From the NCBI RefSeq assembly GCF_009914755.1, contig NC_060938.1: DNA of 64,000 bases; one strand, written 5' to 3'. The notes beneath the pieces were generated by a model, which saw nothing but the letters and a program-made list of their open reading frames with translations, made no database searches and was not told where the DNA came from. This stretch comes from the human T2T-CHM13v2.0 reference genome, Homo sapiens. This document shows, piece after piece, positions 1 through 13,940 of this stretch; the first letter of the stretch is position 1, and every line of letters begins with the position of its first letter. Position numbers and translations under genes: made by a program.

Positions 1-99
1 AATTGATTTCTTTTCAAAAACAGAAACAAACAAAAAGACTCAGAAAGGGAAAGAAAGCCATTTGTCAATCAATTTATGTAGAATAGGGGGGCAGAAATA

Positions 100-295
100 G
101 TGGTTACAAACACATTATGGAGACAGAAGAGCTGGGTTTGAATCCTACCTTTGCCACTCGCAAAATATGTCACCTTAGACAAGTTATTTTCTCTGTTTCT
201 ACTTCAGTTTTCTCATCTGAAAAATTGAAATAGTTTAAGAAAATTAAATGAGCTTAATTTATGTGACACACTTAGAACACAGCCTGACTCAGTGT
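100..295 (+). mobile_element. MIR SINE
   Basis: MIR-like motifs ctgggtttgaatcct, cagttttctcatctgaaaaa, attaaatgag. Confidence 0.7.
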
Positions 296-299
296 ATGC

Positions 300-323
300 G
301 CACACACACACACACACACACAC
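300..323. repeat. (CA)n microsatellite
   Basis: direct reading. Confidence 0.95.
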
Positions 324-336
324 TCATATACATAGA

Positions 337-760
337 CAGAGCATCTTCAACTTTACAGTGGTTTGACTTATTTTTCCAAAGTTACGATGGTACAAAACCA
401 ATATTCATTCAGTAGAAACTTTTCTTTGAGCACCCACATAACCATTTTGTTTTTCACTTTCAGTACAGTAGTCAATAAATTACATGAGATATTCAGCATT
501 TTACTATAAAATAAACATTTTATAATAATAAATATTTCTTATAAAATAAATGCTGAATATCTCCTGTAATATAAAAGGCTTTGTGTTAGATTATTTTGCC
601 CAACTGTTGGCTATTGTAAGTTTTCTGAGCATGTTTAAGGTAGGCTAGGCCAACCTTTGAGGTTCTGTAGGTCAGGTGTATTAAATGCATTTTTGCCTTA
701 AGTATTTTCAACTTATGATTGGGTTTATTGGGATACAACTCCATCATAAGTTGAGGAACA

Positions 761-762
<2 letters not shown>
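337..762 (-). mobile_element. MER47A-like TcMar-Tigger MITE
   Basis: ends match recalled MER47A TIRs (ccatcataagttgaggaacatc); internal ggctttgtgttagat...gcccaactg...taggctaggc. Confidence 0.8.

Positions 763-826
<64 letters not shown>
761..826. repeat. compound microsatellite (TC)13(TG)20
   Basis: counted directly. Confidence 0.97.
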
Positions 827-829
<3 letters not shown>

Positions 830-1129
830 CCATGTTTACGACGATTATTACTATTGCTGTCATAATGTAACAAGGCATTTGAGGGATTACTAATTGTGAC
901 GGTATGCTAAAACAAGCTAAAGGGATTTTTTTAAATGATGCTATTAAAGATTGTGAGACATCTCTTTAATCATTTGTTGTATAAATTTGGTTTTTTTTAA
1001 CTAGTAGGAAGAATTCAGACTAGAATCCCTTTGGGTACAGTGCTCATATTTTCTTACTTAAGGCATCCTATTTACAGCACTGAGTACTGAATGATAGCAT
1101 AATTTAAAGAATAGAGCACAACAACTCCG

Positions 1130-1320
1130 CACAGGCCTTCTAGTTTGCAATCCTAGATGTGAATTCTACTTTAACTCTACTATTTACCTAATCTTTGAAA
1201 AGGTGTTTAATCTCACTGAGGCCCACATTTCTCATCTATAAAATTGGAATAGCAAAAGAATCTACTTCCTAGAGCCTTTTTAAGGATTAAGTGATTTAAC
1301 ATTCATAAAGCTCCAAGGAA
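1130..1320 (+). mobile_element. MIR SINE
   Basis: core tttctcatctataaaattggaata...aaggattaagtga. Confidence 0.7.
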
Positions 1321-1977
1321 GTACATGTTCATTTTATCTACGACACTAATTCTGCTAATAGCAGAAATTGGAAGAGTTTATCAGAGACAACCTGTCAAAT
1401 GTTAGTTTTCAAAATATTGCTCTCCAAAGTCAGAGTTTGAAGAAAGCTACAGAAATTGAATGGAAAATTGTTACATCCATATTTACAAATTCAGTAAAAG
1501 AGCTGCCATACAGTTATATAGTTTGTTTCCATAATGTAGTCTTCACATGGCCTATTTTACCTGTGTGTTAAGGAAATGCCCTTAGAGACCAGATCAACTT
1601 TTAGTATTTAGCTTCCTAAAGCAGGAGCTTAGCCCAGCTGGCATTCTGGGACTCCTTCCATCTTTGGTTTGACTTGATGATTCAGTGAAGTACATGCTGT
1701 TCTTTCATCAGAAGTAGCAGTGTTAATTTTTTTTTATGCCAAATACTTTAGCAGGAGCTCAGGCTGAGTTCCCTGGATGATAGCTTATTGCAAAGTCATC
1801 GAGGCAGCTGGTGAAAATGTCCACGCTGAGCCCTTTGAGACCTGTGCCTTTGCAAAACATTCTGAGTTTTTCTGTATTTCAGAGGAGAAAGTAACATGGT
1901 AGAAAACTACCAGGGAATCTTCTTTCGTTTTCACTGGCTTGTAGGAACTCCATGGATAGCTCTGTAGCATCCTAGAC

Positions 1978-2109
1978 TAAAATTGACTATATAGTTTTTC
2001 ATCTCAGGAGCACTGTTGAGAATGCAAGGGGCCATGGTTGATAATTAAGTTGGGACAATAGATTTAAACCGAGACTGTCTTGAGACAATCAGATTACATA
2101 GTCACTCTA
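1978..2109 (-). mobile_element. MER81-like hAT-Blackjack MITE
   Basis: reverse complement tagagtgactat...gacagtctcggttta...tgtcccaacttaattat matches recalled MER81. Confidence 0.7.
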
Positions 2110-2367
2110 CTAGACTACAGTTCCTGATCCGGTTATTCCTTTATATATACCTTCAGTTTCAAACTTGAATAGCCCTGTTCCTCTACCTTCTATTTTCTGT
2201 GCAAGAATGAATGTCCCAATAGCCTATAGTTAGTTATTGCTTTCCTGCTACGGCCTTAGTTTTGCTATTGCAAAAGAGTATTAATAGTTCATGGTTCTCA
2301 TCAGCTAGTCAAAAGAGTTCCCTCATTTTAAAAACAGTGCTATGAACATCTTCCAGTAGCAATCCTA

Positions 2368-3185
2368 ATCATTTATTTATTCCACAAGTATTTACTGAGT
2401 GCTTATTATGAGGCAAGTGCTGCTTTACGTGCAGGGAAACAATAATGCAAATGACTGATAATGTGCTCGCTCTGTGGAGCTTACATTCTAGTGGGTAGAC
2501 ACAATATACAATATAGAATAAAGCACATATTTTGGATAGTGAAAGTTATAATGTAGACAATAACACAGGGATGATGACTTGGTGGAAGGAAACCACTTGA
2601 GATGGGCTGGTCTCTGAAGGCCTGAGAGAGAAGGAACCAGATATATGGGTATAATCTTCTTGGAGAAGAGTGTTGTAGGAAGGGCAAACAGTTAAGTGCA
2701 AAGGTACTCAGTGGGAGTGATCTGAATGTACTAAAGAAATAGAAAGTGTACCAATACAGAGAGAATGAGTGGAACCGTGCTGAGGGGTCAGATCTTGTAT
2801 GACTATGTAGGCCATGATATGGAATCTGAAGGTTTTAACTCTAATTGCAGTAGAAATCTATCTTAACAGTTTTAAGCATGTTGAGTATCAGAATCTGATT
2901 TACAGTCTCTAAGAAAATCACTCTAGTTGTCAGGGGGAGAATACATTGTGAGGGATAAGAGTATAGGGTGATCAGGTGAGATACTGTTGTAGTAACCCTA
3001 GCAAAAGGCTTGAACTAGGTTGGTAGCAGTGGAGAGGATAACAAGTGGTCAAATTCAAGACATATTTTGCAAGTAATGCTTATAGGAATTGCCGCTGATT
3101 GGATGTGAGTATTGAGGAAAGGAAAAAATGAGGACTCAAATTTTTAATTCGAGTGACTGCAGTGACAGCTGAGATGGGGAAGGTG
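2368..3185 (-). mobile_element. L2 LINE 3' end
   Basis: atttatttattccacaagtatttactgagtgcttattatg...ggagcttacattctagtggg. Confidence 0.8.
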
Positions 3186-3332
3186 GTATGTCTGTGCATG
3201 CGCATGCGTGTCTGCCAGAGGGAAGTTCAGGCCTATTAGAATATATTTCCACTTCTGCACCCATCTCTGTAGTCTCAGAGGAGATGTTCCCATCCTAGTC
3301 TCTTACAAAACTTAATATAGAAGAGGGGAATG

Positions 3333-3629
<297 letters not shown>

Positions 3630-3803
3630 CTACTACCCATGTGTTTTTTCCCACTCAAGCATTTTTACCTTTTTTCTGTTTCAAAGATATTTGATTTCTT
3701 TATCTGTACAATTGTACCACAGTCTTTGTGATTCAAACTGGCTGATTGTTAACTAAACATAAATTTAAATAATCTGTCTCTGTCTCTGTTTCTTTCTCTC
3801 TCT

Positions 3804-3807
<4 letters not shown>

Positions 3808-3873
<66 letters not shown>
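3808..3873. repeat. compound microsatellite (CA)20(GA)13
   Basis: counted directly. Confidence 0.97.
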
Positions 3874-3878
<5 letters not shown>

Positions 3879-4224
3879 CCTTTGCTTCTTCTATATGTTT
3901 TCATTGACAAGTATTGAGGATTATTTCCTCGGGTCATCTCTCAGGTTTACCATTTTCAGAATCAATACACAACTATTTGAATAAAAAATACCTCTGTTGT
4001 TTAATTCAATAGTCTAAAACCAATCTTGTGCCCAATCATATTTTTTCCAAAGCTTATATACAATTATTAACATAACTTCTGCCCATTATTCTGTTCATAA
4101 TGCTTCTTCAGCACTTTCTTGCTTACTTTCAGTGCTTTCTAAATAAGAACTTCTCAATCCTACCCTGGTAAACACAATCTCATTTTCATTCTCATCTTCC
4201 TTACTAGGTAAGTCTAATTTGCTA

Positions 4225-4570
4225 GGTGTGGCAATATGACCAGTGAAAAACAACAAGGGCAGCATTTCCTGCAGTTCGGTGGCACAGTATGGTTCAAAGA
4301 GGTATAAAAGGAAGTCACAGGGTGAGTCTTTCATAAAAGCTCCTCAAAAGGGAATGCGAAAATAACACAGTCATATCTTGCTCTTTCCTTTTCTTTTGCC
4401 TAGAATTCAGTCCCAGCACTGTATTATGGGTTGAAGACATATTGTGATTATGAGTTCTAGAGCTTTATATTATGAATCATGGAGCAGAAAGAGGGAAGGA
4501 ACCTGGGACATTGATGATATTTTGGAATTCTTGATTCATAGCTCTCAGGGCTGAAACTGTTTCTAGCTGA
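4225..4570 (+). mobile_element. old MaLR LTR fragment (MLT1J/K-like)
   Basis: ggaagtc...aaagctcctcaaaaggg...ggagcagaaagagggaaggaacctggga..tgatga resembles old MLT1 consensus. Confidence 0.55.
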
Positions 4571-5458
4571 TGTGTGTGCTTTAAACATCATCTGCCAACT
4601 GGTGATCCTCTCCTGCTCATTTCATAAATGGATTCTTATTCTTCTATATGGAATCATTAGTGTAGGCAAACAAGTTTTTTTTTTGTTCTCTGAAATATCA
4701 CCTGTGTTTCTGCTTGTGAGTCTTGACATATGCCATTGTCATTTGCCTGTGCATTTCCATCACTGGTTGGAGAAATCAGGAGGGCAGGCATAGTGTGTGA
4801 ATCTTGTGTGTATCAAAGAAGCTCTGAGCCTCTGAGGATAGTGGCTTGCACATTGGAGACATTCAAAATTTCTTGAATGACATTTAATTCCCTTCTGGTG
4901 AGCTTATTTAGTCCCTATCCTTCCCATCAAATAGTAATTACTTGAAAATCTGGCTTAAAACTATTTTTTTTTCTGGAAAGTTTTCCATGATTAATCCCAC
5001 CTGATTCTAATTGTGCTTCCACTTGGCATTTTATTGGTACTTATATAACTCTGGTTAATAAAAGTGTTCAGCTAAGTCTTGATGTATATCCTCGTTCTCC
5101 AATACATACTAAAATGCTTTGTGGGCAGGTATCTGGCACTGCACCCCCCCCTTTTATGGACAATTCCTATACAATATCTACATAGTATCCTATTATGAAG
5201 TAGGAGCATAATAAATATTGTTGACTACGTAAAACTGGGAGAAAGTTACTTGGGCAAATCTCCTACCTGATGTTATAATTTTCTCCCCAAAGGAATAGCT
5301 TCCTGTAAGAAGACTCAATTAATTAGATAACCACATTTTTAATTTATAAACAAATAGTTCAACAAAAATAACAATCTGTGATTTGGACACAAATCGTTCT
5401 AAGTAAGTACCATATCCATGGTATTATTATTTGTAATTATGAGATAAATGTATACGTA

Positions 5459-6117
<659 letters not shown>

Positions 6118-7787
6118 TCATGTGTTTGGCATTGAATAAAAGAACTTTAAAAACAGTGGAAGAATAAGAACAAGCTGAAAAAGCAAAAATAGTTCATTTT
6201 GTTCAGGGTATGTGCAAATACACTATGATCGGCAATAGTCTTTATTCACAGACAATTGATCATTAACTTATTTTAACTTTCTGAAGTTACTTGAACTAAG
6301 GGCAGCTACAGCTGTTAGTACATTACAGTACGTATCCAATTCACTGGTTTGAATGTGTTTCAGTGAAAAGGTGTAGTACAATGCAGAATAAAGGAAATTG
6401 AGGGAACAAAGCATCATTTCCACTTAACACAAATCTAAAGGTTAAATAGATGAGAACTAAAGACTTGAATTCATTTCCCAGAACAGTGCTTTATTACCAA
6501 AATAAACTTGAGACCACTACTTAACTGCAAAGTGAAGTCAACAAAGATGTTTGATAGTCATTAATCATCCTAAATAAACAGTACTTTTAAGTGTTTGATT
6601 GACACTGTTAGCATAAATTGTGTCCTTCTTTTTAAAATACGCCTCAGATTTTTATCATACACCTACATAATATAATACCTACCACTCTAGAATTTAACAT
6701 CTGAGAGCAGACATTGATAGGAAAAATTGTCTAACCCTAAGAAGAGTCCAAAGTAACCATGAGGATGTTTTGTGGATGTTCTTCTAGTTTGAATGTGAAT
6801 AAAATTGTTATTTTGTCCTTTAAGAGGTTCTTAGCAATTTGAAACATTTGACTATTTTTAACTGACTAAAGCTACATAGAGATAGCTTCAAACTTAGTTT
6901 AAACAAATTGTATCTGCCTTGGTCTCTTTCTCAGTATACATTTCCATGGTAAATATAAGGCCATGCTGCATACTTACTCAAATCAAATAGTTACATGATT
7001 GAAATTTTATATTGTCATATGTAATTTTTAATGAAGGATATGAATTAATACTGTCTCATAAACCTATAGCAAGCATATATTTTATAGCATTCTTTTTATA
7101 TCTATATTCATGTTCACTAATGTTTCATAGGGTTCTAAACTTTACATTTTTACCACAAAAAAGGCTTAGAATTTTACCCTTTCCTCCCTAAAATATCTAA
7201 CCTTATGTATATAGGAGTAATGTGACATTGCTTACTATTCTGTTTTTTATTCTTATTCATCTTATATTTCATTAAAAGCACAATGTAGTATGTGCAAGAA
7301 TTTGTAACTGCAATATGATACTAATCTGAAAAGCTGTCAACATCATTGTCATAAGTGCCAAGAATTAGTGTAATCTGCTAAGATGCCATATATTGGCTAT
7401 GTATGTCCTGAAAGTTTCAGTTAATTTAATTTAGTGCATATTTACTGAACACTCAATATGTGTTTAATGTGGGTTAAAAGTTAAACAAGACACCCTGTCC
7501 TTAGGATGCTACGATCTAGCTAGTAAAACATAAATCTCCACATGTTTACCAGCTCTGGAAATCACAAGACTTTGGCAAGAAATATCAAGGTGTAATCTAA
7601 AGTCTAAAGAGTATCGAATTCTTATTTTGACTTAGCCATCAATTATAATTTGTCCATGAAGTTTTCCTCAATTTTATTCTATGTGAGAAAATAATATTTG
7701 TTCTCAAAAACCTTAAAATACTAATCAAGATGTATAAGGTTCTTGTACACAATACACTGAATATTTTAAGAATAGGGGTCAACATCA

Positions 7788-8121
<334 letters not shown>

Positions 8122-11100
8122 TCACTGGAAAAAAAAATGCTTTGATTCACAAATTATGCATATCATTACGTTTACAAGTCACTATTATATGCCTTATGTT
8201 ACCATTTTTAAAATGCAAGTTAAGTAATATATGCAATAATAATGCAAATCACTACTACCCGCAGTAGAATACTGAAAGACTGTCTAACATTTGGCAAAAA
8301 TTATTTTTATTAAATCAAAGTAGTAGGGAAATCCTCACTAAAAAGTTAACAGATACTTTAAGCTCTAAAAAAAAATAGAAACATAAATAATTAGGCTACC
8401 ATGATTTATGTAAATGTGGTATGATAGGAAAGCTCAGGGAATGAAAAAACAGCAGGGAATGCAACTTAACCAACCTTAAAATATCTATGATATATTGTTT
8501 TTAATGACTCACATGGCTTTTATTGTATGATCAAAATTGAGCGCAAATGTTGTGGCTATTCAGTAAAAATAAGTGGCTGCCATTGCAACATATGCATTTC
8601 CTGGAGTATGTGTTACTTCATAATTAAAAATGCCATAAAGCACTTACAGTACTAACATTATTTTAAGGGGACACATTTGAAGGAGATGGCCATGTTAACA
8701 ATTATTTTGTTATAGTTCTATCATGCAAATGTCTTTTTCCTTAAGTTTATTTGAAATCCCATAGTTAAGTTTGTTGATGGAAAACATGAGGCAAAAGGTC
8801 TTGTTTGTGGAAATAGAAAGTAGTGTACATGAGGGGCAGGGTGTGTTTTGCTTGGCAGTTCTTTTGCTACCATTTTGTTTTTGTTTTTACTGCTTGAGGG
8901 CAGCAAATTGGCAGGTGCAAATAAGGCTCTAGCTTGTTTCATACTGTATTTACAATCAGTTATTATGGGTTAAAATGTCTGTGATGCATAGGGAATTAGG
9001 CACACAACTTCTGTTAAGAGTAAAGGAAGCTTAATGCCTAATTTCCAACGGGGCAAAAGTGTACTTCTTCAGCCTACTCTTGCAATAATTTCCAATATTT
9101 ATAAGGTGTATACAATGGATCATTAGGGATTTTTCTGTTTATGTCTTATTTTGTACTTACGTAAAGTTTGAAATTTTGAATATACATATTTATATGCATA
9201 TTTTTATCTAAAATTCTAATACAGCATATAATTTCCCATAATAACAAAAACTGGAAGATAATGAATAAACATTCCTCCACAATTAACTTGGGAGAAGAAG
9301 GAAGAGGGAGAGGAGAAGGAAAGAGAGAGAGAGCTTTCTCAATGTTAAATATTATTTGTTTTACAGTATCTATATAGCATATTGCATTTTAATTTTTGAA
9401 AATAGCGAATAGATATTTGCCTATCTAATTTGATGTAAAACAGAATTGTTTTATAATATACTTTGCACTTTGCTGTGATTTACATGTACCACATGGCAAA
9501 TCATGTGTCAGACACATAGCAACCACTAGCAAATAAAGCTTAATGTCACATGATGACACAGAAAACAAAGGTTATAATATTTGTGCAAATATTGCTTTTT
9601 AGCAAGGAATTTTTATGCCAATCAAAGGAGAGTAAGAATATTTTTATAAAACATTTAGAATGGGTATTTCCACAAAACACTGATCCGTAGGAACTTTTTT
9701 GAGAACTCCTGGAATAGGGCTCCCCGTTTCTGTATTTGCTCTGTGCATTCAGACAACGAACCAAGATAATCTTGACTTTGAGGAAGGAGAGTGGAAAAGG
9801 ATTATAGGAGGGGAGTATGAAATAAATAATAAATAAACAAGTGACTGTTGAATAAAACAATTAGTTTTGCCGCAGGCTTCTGCAATAGCTTATGAATTCT
9901 TACCAGCCTTAGTTTACAGCTGTAACTTTAGGATATAATAGGAGATTGAATCTTATACAGGCAATGAAACAGATGATCAAATTCACAAGGGATTGTGTCA
10001 GGTTTTTTCCAGTACTAAAGAAACATATTAATCCTTGTCACTGTTTTCAGAAACGCTGTGACAGAAATAAACCTGTACTGTAACTTGGCCCTTTTAATGA
10101 GCTTCTGGAGTGTGGGCTTTCCACTCAGCACCTGAAAAACACAACAAAACACCTTTTATATTAAAGATGTGAGGTTTGCTGCTGGCTAAATTTGTACACA
10201 GAAGTCTATAAACCAGTGCTCAGCCAGCTGGGAAGCAAGAAAGCAAATTCAGATTCTGCCATGAACTTCACAGACCAATTATCTACTTGGAATCATGGGA
10301 GTTTAACAAACAAATACCAGCCCCTGCTGAGCCTTTTCAGGCCAGCAGCTTATGGGTGATTCAGTTGCATCCGAGGCTTTTAGACTGATCAATTCTTAAT
10401 CACAAAGCACAAAAATTATTCTCAGACTCATGTCAGTTTCTTTGGACACCTTTGTTAACAATCTGCTTCAAATCATTTTTTTTAAAAGAAACCGCAGACA
10501 CTGTTTTTATTGACTCCCCACTTGTAAAATGTTTATAGCTTGTTAATTTATATTTACCCCTTTACTTTTGCCTGCAAATCAACATCACTTAGCACAGTTT
10601 GGTTACACTTTGTCCAAAGGAAATTACAGAAGCCTGCTATGGGGCTAAAATGAAGGAAAGCTGCGGAAAATCAATACACTGCTGATTAAACAGATCGTAG
10701 CAAATTCACGGCTGTATGCTACAGTATGGAGACATCAGTGTGATGCCTATCTAGCAGTTAATGTGCTTTCAGTCAGGTGAAGAAAATTTCAGAATAAGGC
10801 AAGATCACCCAGAAAAACAAGAACTACCTTACACAAGAATGCATGTGTTTGTATGAAACCTACATTTTGTATAAGGTAGTATTCCACATGGGGAATTAAT
10901 GGGATGCATTTATTTTAAGAAATTAAATGGTGTTATATCTTTATTATGACATTTACACTGAGTATTGTGAAAGAAACTAATAACATTGCAAAATCATTTC
11001 TATTATTTGGTACCACAAGTCAAGTTGTTTTATCTTTTTATGGAATCTTAGGTTTATCGACATTTTCTTGTATAATTTCTATTTGACAATTTGGGAATAG

Positions 11101-13429
11101 TCAAAATGACTGAAAGATAGAGTATTTGTAGAGGATATCCAAAAGTAATCATGATAGCCAATGAAAATAATCTAAGCAACTCGGAAAGAATCATTTTATT
11201 TCCCATTTTAGAGTAGAAAAATGAACACAAAATAAATCAGGTATAAAAAGAAAACGTAGTTCATGCATAATTAATTTTTTTAAAAAAATGTACTGGGAAT
11301 GCATAATATTAACACAGCACAGTTATAAAGACAAACATTTGTTTTTTGAATCACAGACAAAGAAAAGCATTTGGGTTACAGGGATGATTTGAGGTATCCT
11401 GGCTAAAGCAAAGGTACTCTGAGTTAAAGCATAAACTCTCATTTCCATGCTACCCAGTTCTTAGCTTCTTCAAACTTAATGCTTTGAGAACGGTAGGAAA
11501 ATGAACATGTCCTGAGGCTGGTTAAGAGGTGGTACCTCCTTCAGTCCAACTTGAAGGACTACATTGCATTGTACTGAGTGTGAAATAAGGAAATGAGGAA
11601 AAACAACAAAAAAGTTTAAACACAATTTTTTTGAAAAATACAATAAGAGTAATTTTTATCTCAACATCTCGTTAAGCTTTTTACTTGACAAAAATATTTA
11701 TCCATTTACGTGTTATCTCTTTACCAAGAGTTTTATGTTTTGTTTTGTTTTTTAACTTAATACACTGAAGGAAAGTTTTCAGCTATATTTATCATTGTTC
11801 ATTCAAGATAACTATGACTTTGATATGTTATGGTATTCTGGCAGATAAGTTTTCATAGTAAATTCTTCTACTAAAAAAATACTTGAGAAAATTATGTTCT
11901 ATACACAAGAGCCAACTTAAGTCTCAATCTCTGTTGTTTTTAATTCTCTCTTTTTCCAAATATCAAAGTCTTTCAAATGGTAACATGGTTAAGTTCTTTG
12001 CCAAATTTCATGTGTTAAAATGAAGGTGTTTTTGAGTCATCAAAGCTTATAAAAAGACCTTTAACAAGTAAACAGCTTTTCTCCTTTTTTTAAAAAAAAA
12101 CTGGAAGATGTGGTATAAGAAAACACATTCATGGACACCATATGTGAACCAAGTTTCATCCCAAGATTTTGAGATTTTTGAGAATTCCTAGAAAATGAGG
12201 GATTTAAATTTTATAGTCTTAAGAGGTCCAGTCAGTAACACTATTTTCATATGTATCTATCTGTATGTATATATATATGAATATAGGTACTGTATATGTG
12301 TATCTAAATCTCAAGGTGTTATGCTTTGATTATTTTATATAAAATACTTGTTAATCTTGTTTCGGGAAAAAAAAAACGGGACTAGGTCTTCAATAGTTCA
12401 GGAACCTGAAAAATAATAATTATTTCAGCATTTCTAAAAAAATATCATCACTTTCTTATATTATGATAAACTATCAAGTTTTTTCACATGTAAGATTAAA
12501 AAAAGAGATCACTCATACTCAACAAAACAGTGTTTTGTAACACTAGAAGAGTAAAGCAATGGATATCAATGGAAATAAAATATGGTTTAGAAAATGTAGA
12601 CAAATATTTATATTTTAAATCCTTATTGGTTTGCTAGGTTGTGTTCTTGTGGATGTACTTTCAGATTTTTTTTCTTTGTGGCATCAAAGAAAACCTAAAT
12701 TGAAGTGACATATTGGAATAAAAGGAGATAATGGAAGAAGGAAGGGCTGAATAATGTGAATATAAACTTCTAAGCAAAAATTATTTTTTAAGTCTTACAA
12801 TAGATGTACATATTTTTATATTTTTATAGTCTAATAACATTGCTTGTTTGTAAGCATACTTTACTTTAGATGAAAATCTGTACTCTCTGTAATTCTGATA
12901 GTTGGCAGGGGTTTGAATACTCTTTGGTAGAAACCCACTTTTTCGTATTAATACGTGGTAATTTATCACCATTAAGTATAAGATCCCTCTGGAAAAAAAA
13001 GCTGATGCACATTGCTCTCTAGACTATAATTTCAATGTTCATGATATTAATCTTTAATTAAATTATAGTTATTTTAGAAATGTATATCCTTAATTAAATT
13101 ATACCACGCATATAAAGAAGAAATGACTATGGCACGATTAAAACATGTTTAAAAATATACTACTGAATTTTGAATGCTGTCTGTCATCTCCAAAGTATGA
13201 CTAACTAGGCTTCAGAAATGACTACAAAGTCAACTGAAAAATTGCCAAGTAAGACTGGCTCTTTAAAGAACTGTGCATTAAAATTTTGGACAGTTTCTCA
13301 ATTAAATCTAAATATACTTCTTATATTACATACAGTATTACATTTTTAAATTAATTGCCATACTCCCATTTGTTAAAGAATTTCACTCCATGGGAAAAGC
13401 AAAGTCTCACTAGACGTGAATTTTACACT

Positions 13430-13940
13430 GTGCTAGATCAATCCCAATACCAGTAAATGGATATTATTAAACAGCATGGGGTAGTGCAAACTGGGAAAGA
13501 AAACTTGTAGTGTGCTGCCTTTGAGCAGACCTGGCTTGCATGCTGTGACAGGGCAATTGTCGACATGCTTTTTCATGCCAATCTGCAGCTTTTTCAACTC
13601 TAGATGCTATGGCAACCAGGGTTTAACAGACTAAGCAGCTAACAAGCTTCCCTGATGGAATTGTCTGGTTGTGTGATTGCCTTGTCTTAGGGAAAATATA
13701 AAATAGAATGAAGACGCTTGTGGACATTTGTCAAACTGATTATAATTTGGACAGTTGAATCATAATTGTCTGTTGTGTACCGTACAGTAGTGACATGCTA
13801 TTTTCCACGTTCCTTGCAGAGCACACCATTGCATTCCCGCATAGGCTATGCTTCCCTTGGGAACAATGGGTCCTGGTTGCTGTGGGTTTGGTGCAACATG
13901 GCAGTCCACATTGCACACCAGATCATATGGGAAAGAAAAG
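13430..13940. promoter_or_regulatory. candidate enhancer (RFX X-box, EBF palindrome, SOX site)
   Basis: GATGCTATGGCAAC 13603-13616; TTCCCTTGGGAA 13852-13863; AACAATGG 13862-13869; unique, GC-raised sequence; motif evidence only. Confidence 0.4.

Noticed and set aside
2463-2471. GTGCTCGCT resembling the U6 snRNA 5' end
   Set aside because: Only 9 nt match and it lies within an L2.
3199-3210. NRF1-like TGCGCATGCGTG
   Set aside because: It lies in a degenerate purine-pyrimidine repeat with no CpG island or promoter context.
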